DNA of 64,000 nucleotides. Source: Phyllobates terribilis. Its lineage: Eukaryota. How positions within the stretch are numbered: position 1 is the stretch's first letter; each line of letters starts with the position of its first letter. The translations under genes and the position numbers were made by a program. The notes below the pieces were generated by a model. It ran no database searches. It worked only from the letters and a program-made list of their open reading frames with translations, and was not told the DNA's origin. Below are positions 1 to 12,504 of the stretch, one piece after another. The DNA lies in assembly GCF_046119375.1 (NCBI RefSeq), contig NW_027362762.1:858390001-858454000 (forward strand), written 5' to 3'.

Positions 1-515
1 CACGTCATTTCAAGTATCTACACTGTCCCCAGTGCGGTGTTAGTGATGAAATGGGCATCACTAACACATTATTTTCATTAAAAACGGGGCTGTAATGATG
101 TTCAAAAAGCACTTTATATTCTTATATCGTACCTGCTCATTTAGTCACAGGGGTGTGCTTCATTTTGTGTTCAGTCACAGGAGTCACCGGCACTCAATTT
201 GATTGATTTCCCTGGTTGCGCCAACGGCAGTAGAATCCCGCGCTTGCGCAGTGTGTAGCCGGCCGCGCTTGCAGCGTCGATCGTGCAACTGCCCGCTTGA
301 CACTGCGCAAGTGCGGCTCCAAGCGCCACACTGAGCACAAAATGAAGCACACCCCTATGATCAAACGAGCAGGTACGATATAACTAAATAAAGTGCTTTT
401 TGCACATTAGACAGCTGTTTTTAATGAAAATAACGTGTTAGTGATGTACATTACATCACTAACAATGCACTGGGGACAGTTTAGATGCTTGAAATGACGT
501 GACAGGTTCCCTTTA
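1..515. mobile_element. Foldback MITE, T2/Kolobok-type (left end just outside window)
   Basis: 1-175 is the approximate reverse complement of ~335-505; right end GACAGGTTCCCTTTA resembles the TTAAAGGGAACCTGTC terminus of frog T2-type MITEs. Confidence 0.7.
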
Positions 516-594
516 CCAACATTTGAAACAAATTCAATTAGCTCATCTCTAATATACATGATATTATGCTTCGTTTACGCCGCACTGCTCTTAC

Positions 595-736
595 CATGAC
601 CGCTGTGTAACGCATCTCTAGGGAAAAATGGTGTTCTGATCAAAAGCCACGACATCCAGCCCAGGACACTGCAGTAAGAATTCCCAGTATCCAGTGCCCT
701 GGACAGACAGCCGACAAAGGAGGAATAAGCAAAGCG
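595..736 (-). CDS. Candidate internal coding exon of an unidentified gene (RFAYSSFVGCLSRALDTGNSYCSVLGWMSWLLIRTPFFPRDALHSGH)
   Basis: Acceptor cactccttgcAG, donor GTAAG, 142 nt open in phase 0; phase-compatible with the 868-907 candidate exon. No homology search possible. Confidence 0.35.
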
Positions 737-867
737 CTGCAAGGAGTGCGGTCACCGCTCATCACACATGTAAAGGTGTTCACCAGCAGGTCGGGAGGGC
801 TCTTTATTCTCTCACTCTAGGGGAATATTTGGTGTAAATCATTATTCCACCACTAGCAGACACTTAC

Positions 868-907
868 CTTATGAAGGCAGATTAGGACAAGTGTTATATA
901 TGTAAGC
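868..907 (-). CDS. Candidate small coding exon (LTYITLVLICLHK)
   Basis: Acceptor tacAG and strong donor AAG|GTAAGT; ends in phase 0, matching exon 595-736. Confidence 0.3.
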
Positions 908-1141
908 CTGTATTACAGATGCAAGTCCCAGCCCGACCACGGGATCTATGAAGCTGCCAGTTTGGGACCTTGGAGCTGCGGTTTGGCCAGAACTTGTATC
1001 TGTAAGAAGCCTCATACACAATAGACGGCAGTCAGCCGAACAATGATTTGGCCAATTGTGAACTTAGGTCAGGTGGCTGGGCACTGCAAACATAAGGCTG
1101 GGGCCGCAAGGAAAGTTGTGTCAGGGAACCAAAAATATTTA

Positions 1142-2248
1142 CCGTATTTTTCGGACTATAAGACGCACTTTTTTCCGCCGAAATTTTGGAGGAAAATGGG
1201 GGGGTGCATCTTATAGTCCGAATGTTGGGGCGGGGTGTATATTTATGTGTGGTGTGGGGGGAGCAGTATCGGTGGAGGAGCGGGGCACAGGAGGCAGCAG
1301 CCGCCCACTGTCCCCGCTGCTAAAGAAAATGAATATTCACTGCCCATAGGGCGTGGGTAGCACTGAATATTTATGCTCCTTAATAGCGGTATACAGTGTA
1401 GCCGCACTGCGGCTGCTGCCAGCTATCTCCTGTGCACGCTGTTAAAAGGCATGAATATTCAACCTCTCTCCACGCTCATGGGCGTGCGGAGGAGGTGAAT
1501 ATTCATGCCCTTTAATAAGCGGGCACAGGAGATAGCCGGCGGTAGCAGCAGCAGCCACAGCGCGGCTACACTGTGTACCAGCTATGAAGAAGCATGAAGT
1601 CACTGCTTCCCGCGCACACAGTGCTGGCGTGGGGAGCAGTGACTTCTGGCAGCTGATCTCTCCTTGTGAGCAGCGCATGGCAGTGACGTCATGCGCGGCT
1701 CACATGGAGAGATCAGTGCAGGCAGACCGGACGCAGCGCTGGAGGAGAGAAGAAAGGTGAGTAGCAGTGTTTTTTTTTAATGTGCAGCATGATGGGGATT
1801 AGGGGTGCCACGCATACCAGGACAGGGATTAGGGGTGCCACGCATACCAGGACAGGGATTAGGGGTGCCACGCATACCAGGACAGGGATTAGGGGTGCCA
1901 TGCATACCAGAATGGAGGGGTTCCATGCATACCAGAATGGAGGGGTTCCATGCATACCAGAATGGAGGGGTTCCATGCATACCAGAATGGAGGGGTTCCA
2001 TGCATACCAGAATGGAGGGATGCCAGGCATACAAGGATGGGGACCACGTATAAAAGGAAGGGGGGTGGCATATATACCAGGGATATTGTCAGAATTGGGG
2101 GACATTACCCCTATACCAGTGTCAGAAGACCCCCTACCCATTAAAAGTGCATCATGACCACATTTTTTGCTTACATTTTTATTTTTCTCCGCTAAAATCT
2201 AGGTGCGTCTTATGGTCCGGTGCGTCTTATAGTCCGAAAAAAATACGG
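1142..2248. mobile_element. Non-autonomous Tc1/mariner (Tigger/pogo-like) MITE
   Basis: TIRs CCGTATTTTTCGGACTATAAGACGCAC / GTGCGTCTTATAGTCCGAAAAAAATACGG flanked by TA on both sides. Confidence 0.85.
1780..2050. repeat. Minisatellite inside MITE (30-bp and 25-bp units, GCATACCAG core)
   Basis: Direct tandem units gcataccaggacagggattaggggtgccac and gcataccagaatggaggggttccat. Confidence 0.9.
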
Positions 2249-2829
2249 TAATTATATTTTGCTGAAGCACAACTATTTTAAAGCTGTGATTTTACTGTAA
2301 AAAAAAAACAAAAAAAAAACTCAGCCAAATCTAAGTTGCATGTTATGTGCAATCAACTCTATTGTAAGTCACATTTGCAACCGCGTGTAATTGTCAGTCG
2401 TAGTGAGACACCATAGGAAATCAGATACAATTTAATGCAACAAGTGCAATCCTGATATTGCTGTGGAGCGTAAGGCCAGGATTACACAGCGACATGTCAC
2501 AGACATTGAGATCGCTGGGTCACATTGCAACATCGCACTTAATCAACTATGGTGTCGGAATGAGACATAAAGCTGAAAAAGAGCTGAAATGATGGATCAG
2601 GGCCTATGGCCATGGAGACATCAAACTGACACATTGCAGCACAGGCTGTAATGATTTCCTATGGTGTAATGTTGCGATCTGTCTACAACTTAGCTGTTTT
2701 TACTTCCAGAAAAATTACAGCTCTAAAATAATGGCAGACAAGTGATGTTCGGATGTTGTTGACGCACAACTATTCTGAGAATTGCTGGTATGCGACACGT
2801 CAAAATGTAAGAAGGTGCAAGGGCAAAAG

Positions 2830-4670
2830 TGGGCGGGGGGGGGCAGGGGATGCGCAGGCCAGGAAAGAGAAAATGCGGGAGCAGGGCGCGTGGGGATGTT
2901 ACGCGGGGCAGAGGGGGGGCAATGCGGACACAGGGTGAAGCGGGAGGTGCTGTCGGTGCAAGGCGGGGGGGGGGGGGGGAGTCACAAGGGCAAGGTAGGA
3001 GGTGACGCGGGCACAAGGTGACGTGGGCACAGGGCAGAAGCAGGGGGAGATGCGGGCGCGGAGCATGGGGCGGGGAAGACGCGGGCGCAGGGCAGAAGCG
3101 GGCACGGGGGCACGAGGAGACGTGGGGCGGGGGGGACTCGCAGGCGCGTGGCAGGAAGGGGGACGTCACGGGGTCGAGGCAGGAGGTGACATGGGCGCTG
3201 GGCAGGGGGGGTGACAGGGGCGCAGGACAGGCGATGATACGGGCGCTGGGCCAGGTGAGCAAAGCGGGCAGGGGGTGATGCGGGCAGAGAGTGATGTGGG
3301 CGCAGGGCAGGCGGTGACAAGAGCAGGTGGTGATGTGGGCGCTGGGCAGGCGGTGATGTGGGCACAGGGTGATGTGGGTGCAAGGCAGGCGGTGATGTGG
3401 GCGCTGGGCAGGTGGTGATGTGGGCGCAGGGCAGGCGGTGACGAGGGCAGAGGGTGATGTGGGCGCTGGGCAGCGGGTGAAGCGGGCGCAGGGTGATGCG
3501 GGGTGCAGGGCAGGCGGTGATGCGGGCACAGGGTGATGTGGGCGCTGGGCAGGGGGAGATGTGGGCACAGGGTGATGTGGGCGCTGGGCAGGGGGAGATG
3601 TGGGCACAGGGCAGGGGTAGATGTGGGCACAGGGCAGGGGGAGATGTGGGCACAGGGCAGGGGGAGATGCGGGCGCAGGGTGATGTGGGTGCAGGGCAGA
3701 GGGTGATGTGGGCGCAGGGCAGGCGGTGATGTGGGTGCAGGGCAGGGGGTGATGTAGGCGGTGACGAGGGCAGAGGGTGATGTGGGCGCAGGGAAGCGGG
3801 TGATGTAGGCGCAGGGTGATGTGGGCGCAGGGTGATGCGGGGTGCAGGGCAGGCGGTGACGAGGGCAGGTGGAGATGTGGGCGCGGGGCAGGCGGTGATG
3901 TGGGCAGAGGGTGATGTGGGTGCAGGGCAGGCGGTGATGAGGGCAGAGGGTGATGTGGGCACAGGGCAGCAGGTGATGTGGGCACACGGTGATGTGGGCG
4001 CAGGGTGATGCGGGGTGCAGGGCAGGCGGTTACGAGGGCAGAGGGTGATGTGGGAGCTGGGCAGGTGGTGATGTGGGCGCAGGGCAGGCGGTGACGAGGG
4101 CAGAGGGTGATGTGGGCGCTGGGCAGCGGGTGATGTGGGCACATAGTGATGTGGGTGCAGGACAGGCGGTGAGGAGGGCAGGGGGAGATGCGGGCGCAGG
4201 GTGATGTGGGTGCAGGGCAGAGGGTGATGTGGGCGCTGGGCAGGTGGTGACGAGGGCAGAGGGTAATGTGGGTGCAGGGCAGGCAGTGATGTGGGCATAG
4301 GGTGATGTGGGCGCAAGGCAGGCGATGAGGAGGGCAGAGGGTGATGTGGGCGCAGGGCAGGGGGTGAGGAGGGCAGAGGGTGATGTGGGCGCTGGGCAGC
4401 GGGTGACGTGGGCACATAGTGATGTGGGTGCAGGACAGGCGGTGAGGAGGGCAGGGGGAGATGCGGGCGCAGGGTGATGTGGGTGCAGGGCAGAGGGTGA
4501 TGTGGGCGCTGGGCAGGCGGTGACGAGGGCAGAGGGTGATGTGGGCGCTGGGCAGCGGGTGATGTGGGCACATAGTGATGTGGGTGCAGGACAGGCGGTG
4601 AGGAGGGCAGGGGGAGATGCGGGCGCAGGGTGATGTGGGTGCAGGGCAGAGGGTGATGTGGGCACGGGGC
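2830..4670. repeat. G-rich ~23-bp minisatellite (gggcagagggtgatgtgggcgca)
   Basis: Long degenerate tandem array; accounts for the overlapping Pro/His/Cys-rich ORFs. Confidence 0.95.
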
Positions 4671-4676
4671 ACTCAC

Positions 4677-4979
4677 AGCTCCGGCTGACACCAGTGGTAA
4701 GTTCAGGGCACACAGCAGCTCCAGCACCTGCGGGCTGGGCACAGAGAAGGAGAAGAGGATCTGCAGGCGCTGGCAGCTGCAGCCGTCCTCCAGGCTCCGG
4801 AGCAGGTGCAGCAGCTCCTTCCTGCGGTGCGGGGACGTCTCCGGGTCACAGAACCTGTGCACGTCTGCAGGCAGCTGCTGCATCTTCCACACGTGCAGCT
4901 GGTGATCCAGGTTCTGTCCCTTGTGCCTCCTCTGCTCCATCGTGTCCCACTGCAGCTCGGGCGACACTGCCGCAGCCAT
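4677..4979 (-). CDS. Probable first coding exon of an unidentified gene (MAAAVSPELQW...LPLVSAGA)
   Basis: Non-repetitive, CpG-rich ORF segment with ATG at 4979 and a phase-0 donor GCT|GTGAGT at 4677, directly before the minisatellite; protein-like composition. Confidence 0.55.
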
Positions 4980-7039
4980 ACCAGAGCCGCCCGCCCTGCG
5001 ACTGGGAGAGATCGGCGCAAATTCAAAGTGGCGCCTCTCACTGACAGCAGAGGAAGAGGAAGACGAGCGAGAGGCCGGGACAGCAGACGGCCTGTGCTCC
5101 ACTGCCACCGGCTGGACGTCGCGGGAACTGCACGGTGGACATTGTGACTCGTCCTTGTATCACAGGGAGCAACAGTGACAGGTCGTTACAAGTCAGGAAG
5201 GAGTTAATTCCCACCCGTGACTGCACTGCAAAAATGGCTGTGGACCATCTAGGTTTTTATATATATATCTGCCTTTTATTAAACCCAACTTTCCAACACT
5301 GGCAGTGACTCAAAGTAAAAAATAGGTCTATCCTCCGCGATTTCAGGGTACAAGCCACCCAGAAATCAATTCCATAAGTGACGTGTAGTAAACAAGGGGT
5401 TAAACTAATGCTATAGAAATGATGTAATAAAATAACGATTGGCTGCATTTTTCATGAATTTGGGAGCGGTAAACGCACCGTGTCTGTGTGCAAACCTGTG
5501 TGAACAGACCCTTAGACAGTTTCATCATGTGAGATGCAAGTTGTTCCTTTAAAGGGGATGTTCTCCACTGGGGACAATTTCTTTTCATTTAAATGCATGT
5601 ATTTGAGGCTAAAAATAATTTTTGCAGTTGAGTTTCATTAAAAATGTTGCACATTTTGACTTTTACAGTCTTTGTGTTTCCCTGGGCACAGTGGCATGGC
5701 TACAGGGGGGCAGAGGCAGCCGGGGCCCACCTGGAGCAATCGCCACACTTAACTGTATCAACCTGCACAGCAATGGTCTCCCGACTCTACCGCTCTCTAT
5801 CCTGTAGGCCACGGGTCGCTCTAGGCTTGCAGTCTACAGAACAGCAGGTGCATGCACAGAGACGTCAGAGTCCTGGCGTGATCACATCACCACGTCACAC
5901 CATTGCGCCGAGACACGTTAAGTGATTATATAGCATTTAATTTATGACTCAACACTTGTAGGGGGCCATAATACTGGCGGGGTCATCCTACTGTGTGGGA
6001 GGCTATGGGGACATCATATTATGGGTAGGGGACTATGTAGGTATCATTCTGTGTGTGAGGACATCATACTGTGTGGGGGCCATCAGGGCCACCATCAGGG
6101 CATTACTGCCCTTACTGGGGTATGGGGCACAGTGAGCAGTGGGTGGCCAGTTCCGGGCCCTATCTGTTCACCGGGCCTCAGTGGCACAATCCTGCCGCCT
6201 CAGTAACTGGACGCACGTTCAGTTAATATCTGCTGGCATGTGGGAAGCTGCACGGTAATAGTTAAAAGCTGCTAGCCAATAATAGGCCGGCAGCTGACGT
6301 CATTGTCATGGACCGACACATCCACTCCTCAAATGTATGAGGGAGAGCCGGGCGCCGCTGTACCGCCACCAGGTAAGGAGAAACTTTTTTTTTTTTACTT
6401 TTTTTTTAAACTGAAAGTGGCAAGCCGCAATATGGGGACAGATGGGGCTGGATCATGCGAAACAAAACATTGGGATGGGGTCTATCCAAAAATGAGAAGA
6501 GACCCTGAATTTATTTCTTAAGCTTAAGCTTTCACATTACAAATTGCCCATAGAACGCAGGGCCGTATTTGGCATTCATGCTGCCCTAGGCACTTTAAGT
6601 GGTCATGCCCCCTTCTTGTAAGTCAGAATAAAAGTGCCCATACCGCTTAGTTGGTTGTTAAGGCCCCTATATACATTTGACTATCGTCGATTGAATCTGC
6701 CGATATTGATGGATTCGGTGATAGTCTAATGTGTATGGGACACCTGATAAATATTATCTGGAAAGATAAGGGTCCAAGATGTCCAATTTCGGACTGTAGC
6801 TACTTTTGTTCCTTTAAGAGATGTCTTATACAGAGCACAGTGGCTTCTGTGTATGGGAGAGTCAGCTGTCAAAAATGTATTGGGATCTTTAGTCAAACAC
6901 TTGTTTTGCTAACTCATATGGCCTCTTTCAGATATTTCTAGTTCCAATTTTTGTGTTGTACATGTGTGCAACACTAACACTTGACCCTATAATGATATAT
7001 TTTCATGTTTAACAAATTAAGGATTACTACATCTACATT

Positions 7040-7520
7040 ACTATATCACCAGACCCATCATCAGAACATGAATACAGCAACAGAATCATCATCTGTGCAT
7101 TAGTACATTAATACAGCACAAGAACCATAATCAGTACATGAATGCACTACCAGAACCATCATCAGTATATGAATACACCACCAGAACAGCTATTAGTATA
7201 TAAATATATTACCAGAACCACCATCAGTACATGAATACTCCACCAGAACCACCATCAGTACAAAAATACAGCACAAGAACCATCATCAGTACAAGAATAC
7301 AGTACCAGAAACATCATCAGTATATGAATACACTACCAAAACCATCATCAGTATATGAATATACCACCAGAACAACCATTTGTATATGAATACATTACCA
7401 GAATCACCATCAGTATATGAATACATCACAAGAACCACCATCATTACATTAATATGGTAGCATAGCTGTCATCAGTATATGAATACAGCACCAGAACCAT
7501 CATCAGTACTTGAATACAGC
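7040..7520. repeat. 31-bp minisatellite (cagcaccagaaccatcatcagtacatgaata)
   Basis: About 15 degenerate direct tandem units. Confidence 0.9.
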
Positions 7521-7613
7521 AACAATATACAATACGGCAGCAATATCATGCGATATACAATGCTATATATAAATGCTATTGCATGACATGAACCTGCAAC
7601 TCCCTGTATGACC

Positions 7614-8101
7614 TTAAAGAAGCACTCTCATTAAAAAATGTTATGGCCTAAACCTGTGTGAATGTATATGTAGTCTAGTGTAGGTATATTAATATACTTA
7701 CTGATTGCTGTCTTCTCTGGTGTCCAGCGCCACTCTGGTCCTCTTCAGAAATATGCAACAAGGAGTTCTGACAGTCTAGGTCACGGAAGTAAAGAACTGG
7801 AAGTGACTTTTCCAATGCAAGTCTATGGAGTGAGAGAACGAGGCTTTTACAGTGTAAGCCTATGGTGCATCAAAGCGAAGCTCCATAGACTTACATCGTA
7901 ATAGCGACCTCCTGCTCACGCATAGAACCCTGTATGATCCGGAGAGTTGGACCTTCAGTCGGGTGACTCAGAAGAGGACGGGAATAGTGTTGGTCAACGG
8001 AGACGACAGCGATCGGTGAGTATATTAAAACACCTACACTTCACTACATAAACATTCACATAGCATTAGTCCCTAAAATGTTAATGGGAGTGCCCCTTTA
8101 A
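7614..8101. mobile_element. T2/Kolobok-type MITE with TTAA ends
   Basis: TTAAAGAAGCACTCTCATT ... AATGGGAGTGCCCCTTTAA imperfect TIRs. Confidence 0.6.
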
Positions 8102-9008
8102 CAATGGGAAGGAGATGATGGGAGTTGTTACCAGCCATAATCAAACTGCTGACCACACAGAAACCACAGTACTGATTAGACACAGGCAGTAGCACCTATA
8201 AACAATTAAACAGCAACTTAACTTTTGGTAGATATTTTATATACTTTAGGCCATTTAATTCTTAGCAGATCGGTGGTCTCTGGGTCTCTGGGTTCTGTGA
8301 CCTCCACAGATAACACAAAAGACCTCTTAAAAGTGGAGATAGGAGCCTATGACTTTCTACTACATCTGTACTTTGTTGTGTGCTCTCCTGTCTCCTAAGC
8401 TGCACACTTCTAAGCGGTATTTTGAGTATCAGTTGGGGTCTCAAGAAGTGGTTTCCCACTGATCTGCTCAGAACTAAAGGAACTAAAGCATATTAAAAAA
8501 AATCTTCCAAAAGTTTAGTTACTCTTTATGTTCACACGTTGAGTATTTTACATCATCATTTGTAAGCCAAAATCAGGACTGGAACAATTAGAGGAAAAGT
8601 ATAATAGAAACACGTCACCATTTCTGCATTTTTCACCCACTCCTTGTTTTGGCTTACAAATACTGATGTAAAATACTGACCAAATACTCAACGTGTGAAC
8701 ATGGCCTAAGATGTATTTATACTGGTGCCATTAATCAGGAACTATTAATACTGCCCCCATACCAGTGGCGTACTGCCAATGGCGACAGGCCACGCGACAG
8801 CTATGGGGCCCGTGAGCCGGGGGGGGCCCGGTGTCAGCGCCTGCACCGTATACCCCCCGCATCAGGCCCACGCCGTTCCTGCATCGGGCCTCCACATCGA
8901 CTGACCCCCACTCTGCATCGGGCCCCCCCCTTCTCTGGTCAGTCAGATGCCGATACAGTTGAAACCAATGAAGGAGGAGGCAGCGTCATGTGACACTCCC
9001 TTTCCCAT

Positions 9009-10117
9009 TGTGGCGCCCCTGAGGGTTCAGTTGCCACAGAGGTACTGCACCTCACCCAGAGGTGTGGTGTCTCCTTCTCTCAGTTAAGGAGGGAGTGCTG
9101 CCCGGAACCCCAACACCCACATTCAACACTACACTGCTCCAGGCCGGCTGGAAGGGCAAGATGCACTGTGTCTCCTGCTGAGCCCTGTCCCTGGATGGAG
9201 TGGGGGGAACCAAAGAGAGGGGGAACCAGTAGTGGGTGTGGGTGGAGGACGTAGGGTAGGGGAGCACCATTGTAGGAGGTATTTAAAGGGAAGCCATCTT
9301 AGGGTGGCAAGTCAGTGAGTGAGGACAGTCAGTGAGTAGGAGGGGAGCAGAGTCTCTTCAGGAGCTCTGCTCCACAAGTGGGGCCTAGTAACAGAGGCCC
9401 AAGAGGGGAACAGAGGAGAAAGGCTCAGTTTTACAGAAGGGATCCCAGGGGGTACGGTGAGTGCAGGACGGCACCCGTACGCAGTCTCACCCTAGTCACC
9501 GTGAAGGGCATCAAGCAGGTCCGGGAACTCCAGGTTGCCCAGAGGGATTTCAGAGCACCCGATCAGGACTGTGTGTGGGAAGGGCAGGAGGGAGAAGACC
9601 CAGCGTGAGAAGTCGGTCTAGTAGGAACATAAAGAAAGTGGGGTTCCGTCAAGCGCTCCTGATATATTTGAGAAAGTGCTGAACCCCTGGTCTGGTGAAC
9701 GCAGAGCGACGCGGAGACTGACACCCGTACAGTGTACCTGAGAACCTTGAACAAGAACTGTGAGTAAAACTCGGATGACTGCACTGCACTGCCTCTGTTA
9801 GTTATTTCCGCTGCGCTATCTCTCCTGTACCACAAGTCCCAGCCTCACCACCATCTGCACCTACATTGCCCCGGGGGCCTGCTCCGCCTGTGGGGAGCAG
9901 GAACATCCCAGCTGCCATCCCATCACCCCCGGAGGTCTGCAGCAGCGCCGGTAACCATTACCGGAAACCACAGGTGGCGTCACGAGACAAACTGTACACT
10001 AAAACCCCTTTTTAAAGAGAGACCCAGAGTACGGGCCCGGGTGCAGACTGCCGTGACCTCCTAAACAAGGTAAAAGGCCGGGGTACCGAGTCCCCTATAT
10101 TCCCCCTGGGTGACACA
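9009..10117 (+). mobile_element. Solo LTR (tRNA-Ser LTR family) nested in hAT element
   Basis: TG...CA ends (TGTGGCGCCCCTGAGGG ... GGGTGACACA), 4-bp TSD CCAT, TATA-like TATTTAAA near 9277, AGTAAA at 9763; homologous to the other LTRs in the window. Confidence 0.9.
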
Positions 10118-10309
10118 CCATCCTTCCTCCTGTGCATCTGACGCAGCGGTGTGATGATGCGCCACGCTGTGTCAGACAGTGGAGCTGGCAGCTGCTGAGG
10201 TGATGAGAGGAGACGCGCTGCAGAGACTGGAGCGGCGGGGGAGTGAGGAGGGGTAAGTATTTTTTTTTTAAATCAGTTAGTACTGATAATACTGGATGAC
10301 TGGGGGCTG

Positions 10310-11650
10310 CATTTTACCCTATTAGGGAGGCTGCATTTTACCCTATGGGGGAGCTGCATTTTAACCCTTGGGGGGGCTGCATTTTACCTTATTGGAGGGC
10401 TACATTTTACTCTATTGGGGGGGCTACATTTAACTTATGGTGTGGATGCAATTACCTTATGGGGGCCACATTTTTACCCTATGGTGGAGGCTGCATTTTT
10501 ACCCTATTGGGGGAGCTACATTTTACCCTATGGTGAGGCTGCAATTACCCTATGGCTGGCTGCATTTTAACCTACGGGGGGCTGCATTTTAACCTATGGG
10601 GGCTGCATTTTACCCTATGTTGGGGGGCTGTATTCTATTCTTTGGTGGGGGCTGCATTTTACCCTGTGAGGGGCTGCATTATACTGCGTGGGGGACCATG
10701 GGGGGTACATTACACTGCGTGCAGGACCATGACGAGTGCATTATACTGTGTAGAGGACTATGGTGAGTGCATTATACTGTGTGCAGGACCATGGGGAGTG
10801 CACTATACTGTGTGGAGAGCCATGGGGAGTGCATCATACTGTGTGGAGGACCATGGGGAGTGCATTATACTGTGTGGAGGACCATGGCGAGTGAAATATA
10901 CAGTGTGGAGGACCATGGTGAGTGCATTAGACTGTGTGCAGGACCATGGGGAGTGCGCTATACTGTATGGAGGTCCATGGGGAGTGTCTTATACTGTGTG
11001 GTGGACCGTGAGGAGTCCATTATACTATGTGGAGGTCCATGGGGAGTGTCTTATACTGTGTGGAGGACCATGGGGAGTGTCTTATACTGTGTGGAGGACC
11101 ATGGGGAGTGTGTTATACTGCGTGGAGGACCATGGGGAGTGTCTTATACTGTGTGGAGGACCATGGGGAGTGTCTTATACTGTGTGGAGGACCATGGGGA
11201 GTTTCTTATACTATGTGGTGGACCATGGGGAGTGTCTTATACTGTGTGGAGGACCATGGAGAGTGTCTTATACTGTGTGGAGGACCAAGTGGAGTGTCTT
11301 ATACTGTGTGGAGGACCATGGCGAGTGTCTTAAACTGTATGGAGGACAATGGCGAGTGTCTTATACTGTATGGAGGACCATGGCGAGTGCATTATACTCT
11401 GTGGAGGACCATGGCGAGTGCATTATACTCTGTGGAGTGTGAAGGTTTGTGTGGGGGCCATTATACTGTATGTAGGGCCATTATACTGAATAGACAGCTG
11501 TGTGGGGGTCACAGTTGGGGGATCATACTGTGTTGGGGTCACCATAATTTTCTGGGGGAGTTGAGGTGGGGTACAGTAGGGTCATCATACTGTGCATGTG
11601 GAGGGTAATGTGGAGGAATTCACCATGGGGGTATCATACTGTGTCTGGGG
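10310..11650. repeat. Compound minisatellite (21-bp then 31-bp units) inside hAT element
   Basis: ggggctgcattttaccctatg array followed by gaggaccatggggagtgtcttatactgtgtg array. Confidence 0.9.
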
Positions 11651-11857
11651 GGCACTTTTGTTGGCCTATTTTATGGGCAATGAAAGAGGAATCTAGGACT
11701 TCAGCAGGAGGAAAATTACTATGTAAAGGCTGGAAAGTTGTGAGATCTGCTCTTCTGTAAACTCAACAATTATTTACCTATTATTTTTTTGGGGGCCCAA
11801 TTAGAGCTTCTGCTATGGGGCCCCATGATTCCTATGTACGCCCCTGCCCCATACTAT

Positions 11858-12260
11858 TCCCAGATTTGAATAAGTAACTGGTGTTTTTAAGGGGTTTAAT
11901 GACTTTGAGACACTGATCTCACACCACCATTACACAGATAGTGTTGCCCCAAATCAAATTCCGATCATTTCAGCATTGCCCAAATGGTTTCTGAGTATCA
12001 GAACTGGTATCAGAATGGGCAAATAGCCAATTCTCCTAGATTTGAATAAGTAACTGGTGGTTTTAAAGGGTTAAATGACCTTGGGCCACTGGTCTTACAG
12101 CACCAGCACAAAACAGGAAGATCCACATCAAAATCAGTTTTTCCCAGGCTGACGGAGTGGCTACTGGTTACTGATCAAAAAAACTGGCATCAAAGTGAGC
12201 AAATTACAACTTTGTACTGATTTGAATAAGTTACTGGTTTGTTTTAAGGGTAAAAGGGCT
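11858..12260. repeat. Diverged ~180-bp tandem repeat (2-3 copies)
   Basis: GATTTGAATAAGT(A/T)ACTGGT recurs at ~11862, ~12039 and ~12220. Confidence 0.6.
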
Positions 12261-12504
12261 TGTCCGATCTTAAAGGGGTATTCCCATCTCCAAGATCCTA
12301 TCCCAATATGTAGTACTGTATTTTTCAGACTATAAGACACACTTTTTTCCTCCAAAATTTTGGTGTAAAGTGGGGGATGCGTCTTAGGCTAAGTGCCCAC
12401 GATGCAAAAATGCTCCGGATTTTTCCTGAGCGTTTCTGCATCTCCCTGGCAGAAAAACGCATGCGGATTGTACATGCATTTTTCCTGCCAGGGACAAGCG
12501 TATG

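Larger units (their letters stand above)
8763..11846. mobile_element. Non-autonomous hAT element
   Basis: TIRs CAGTGGCGTAC / GTACGCCCCTG; exact 8-bp TSD CCCCATAC at 8755-8762 and 11847-11854. Confidence 0.85.

Noticed and set aside
2723-4672. 649-aa and overlapping long Pro/His/Cys-rich ORFs
   Set aside because: Translations of a stop-poor minisatellite; only the non-repetitive 4677-4979 part looks like a real exon.
4677-4979. Assigning a gene name (faint resemblance to TMEM232 or TARBP1 N-termini from memory)
   Set aside because: Similarity too weak to support without a search.
10552-11608. Repetitive ORFs in the hAT minisatellite
   Set aside because: 31-bp repeat read in rotating frames; same for 43238-44066 and 54500-54870.
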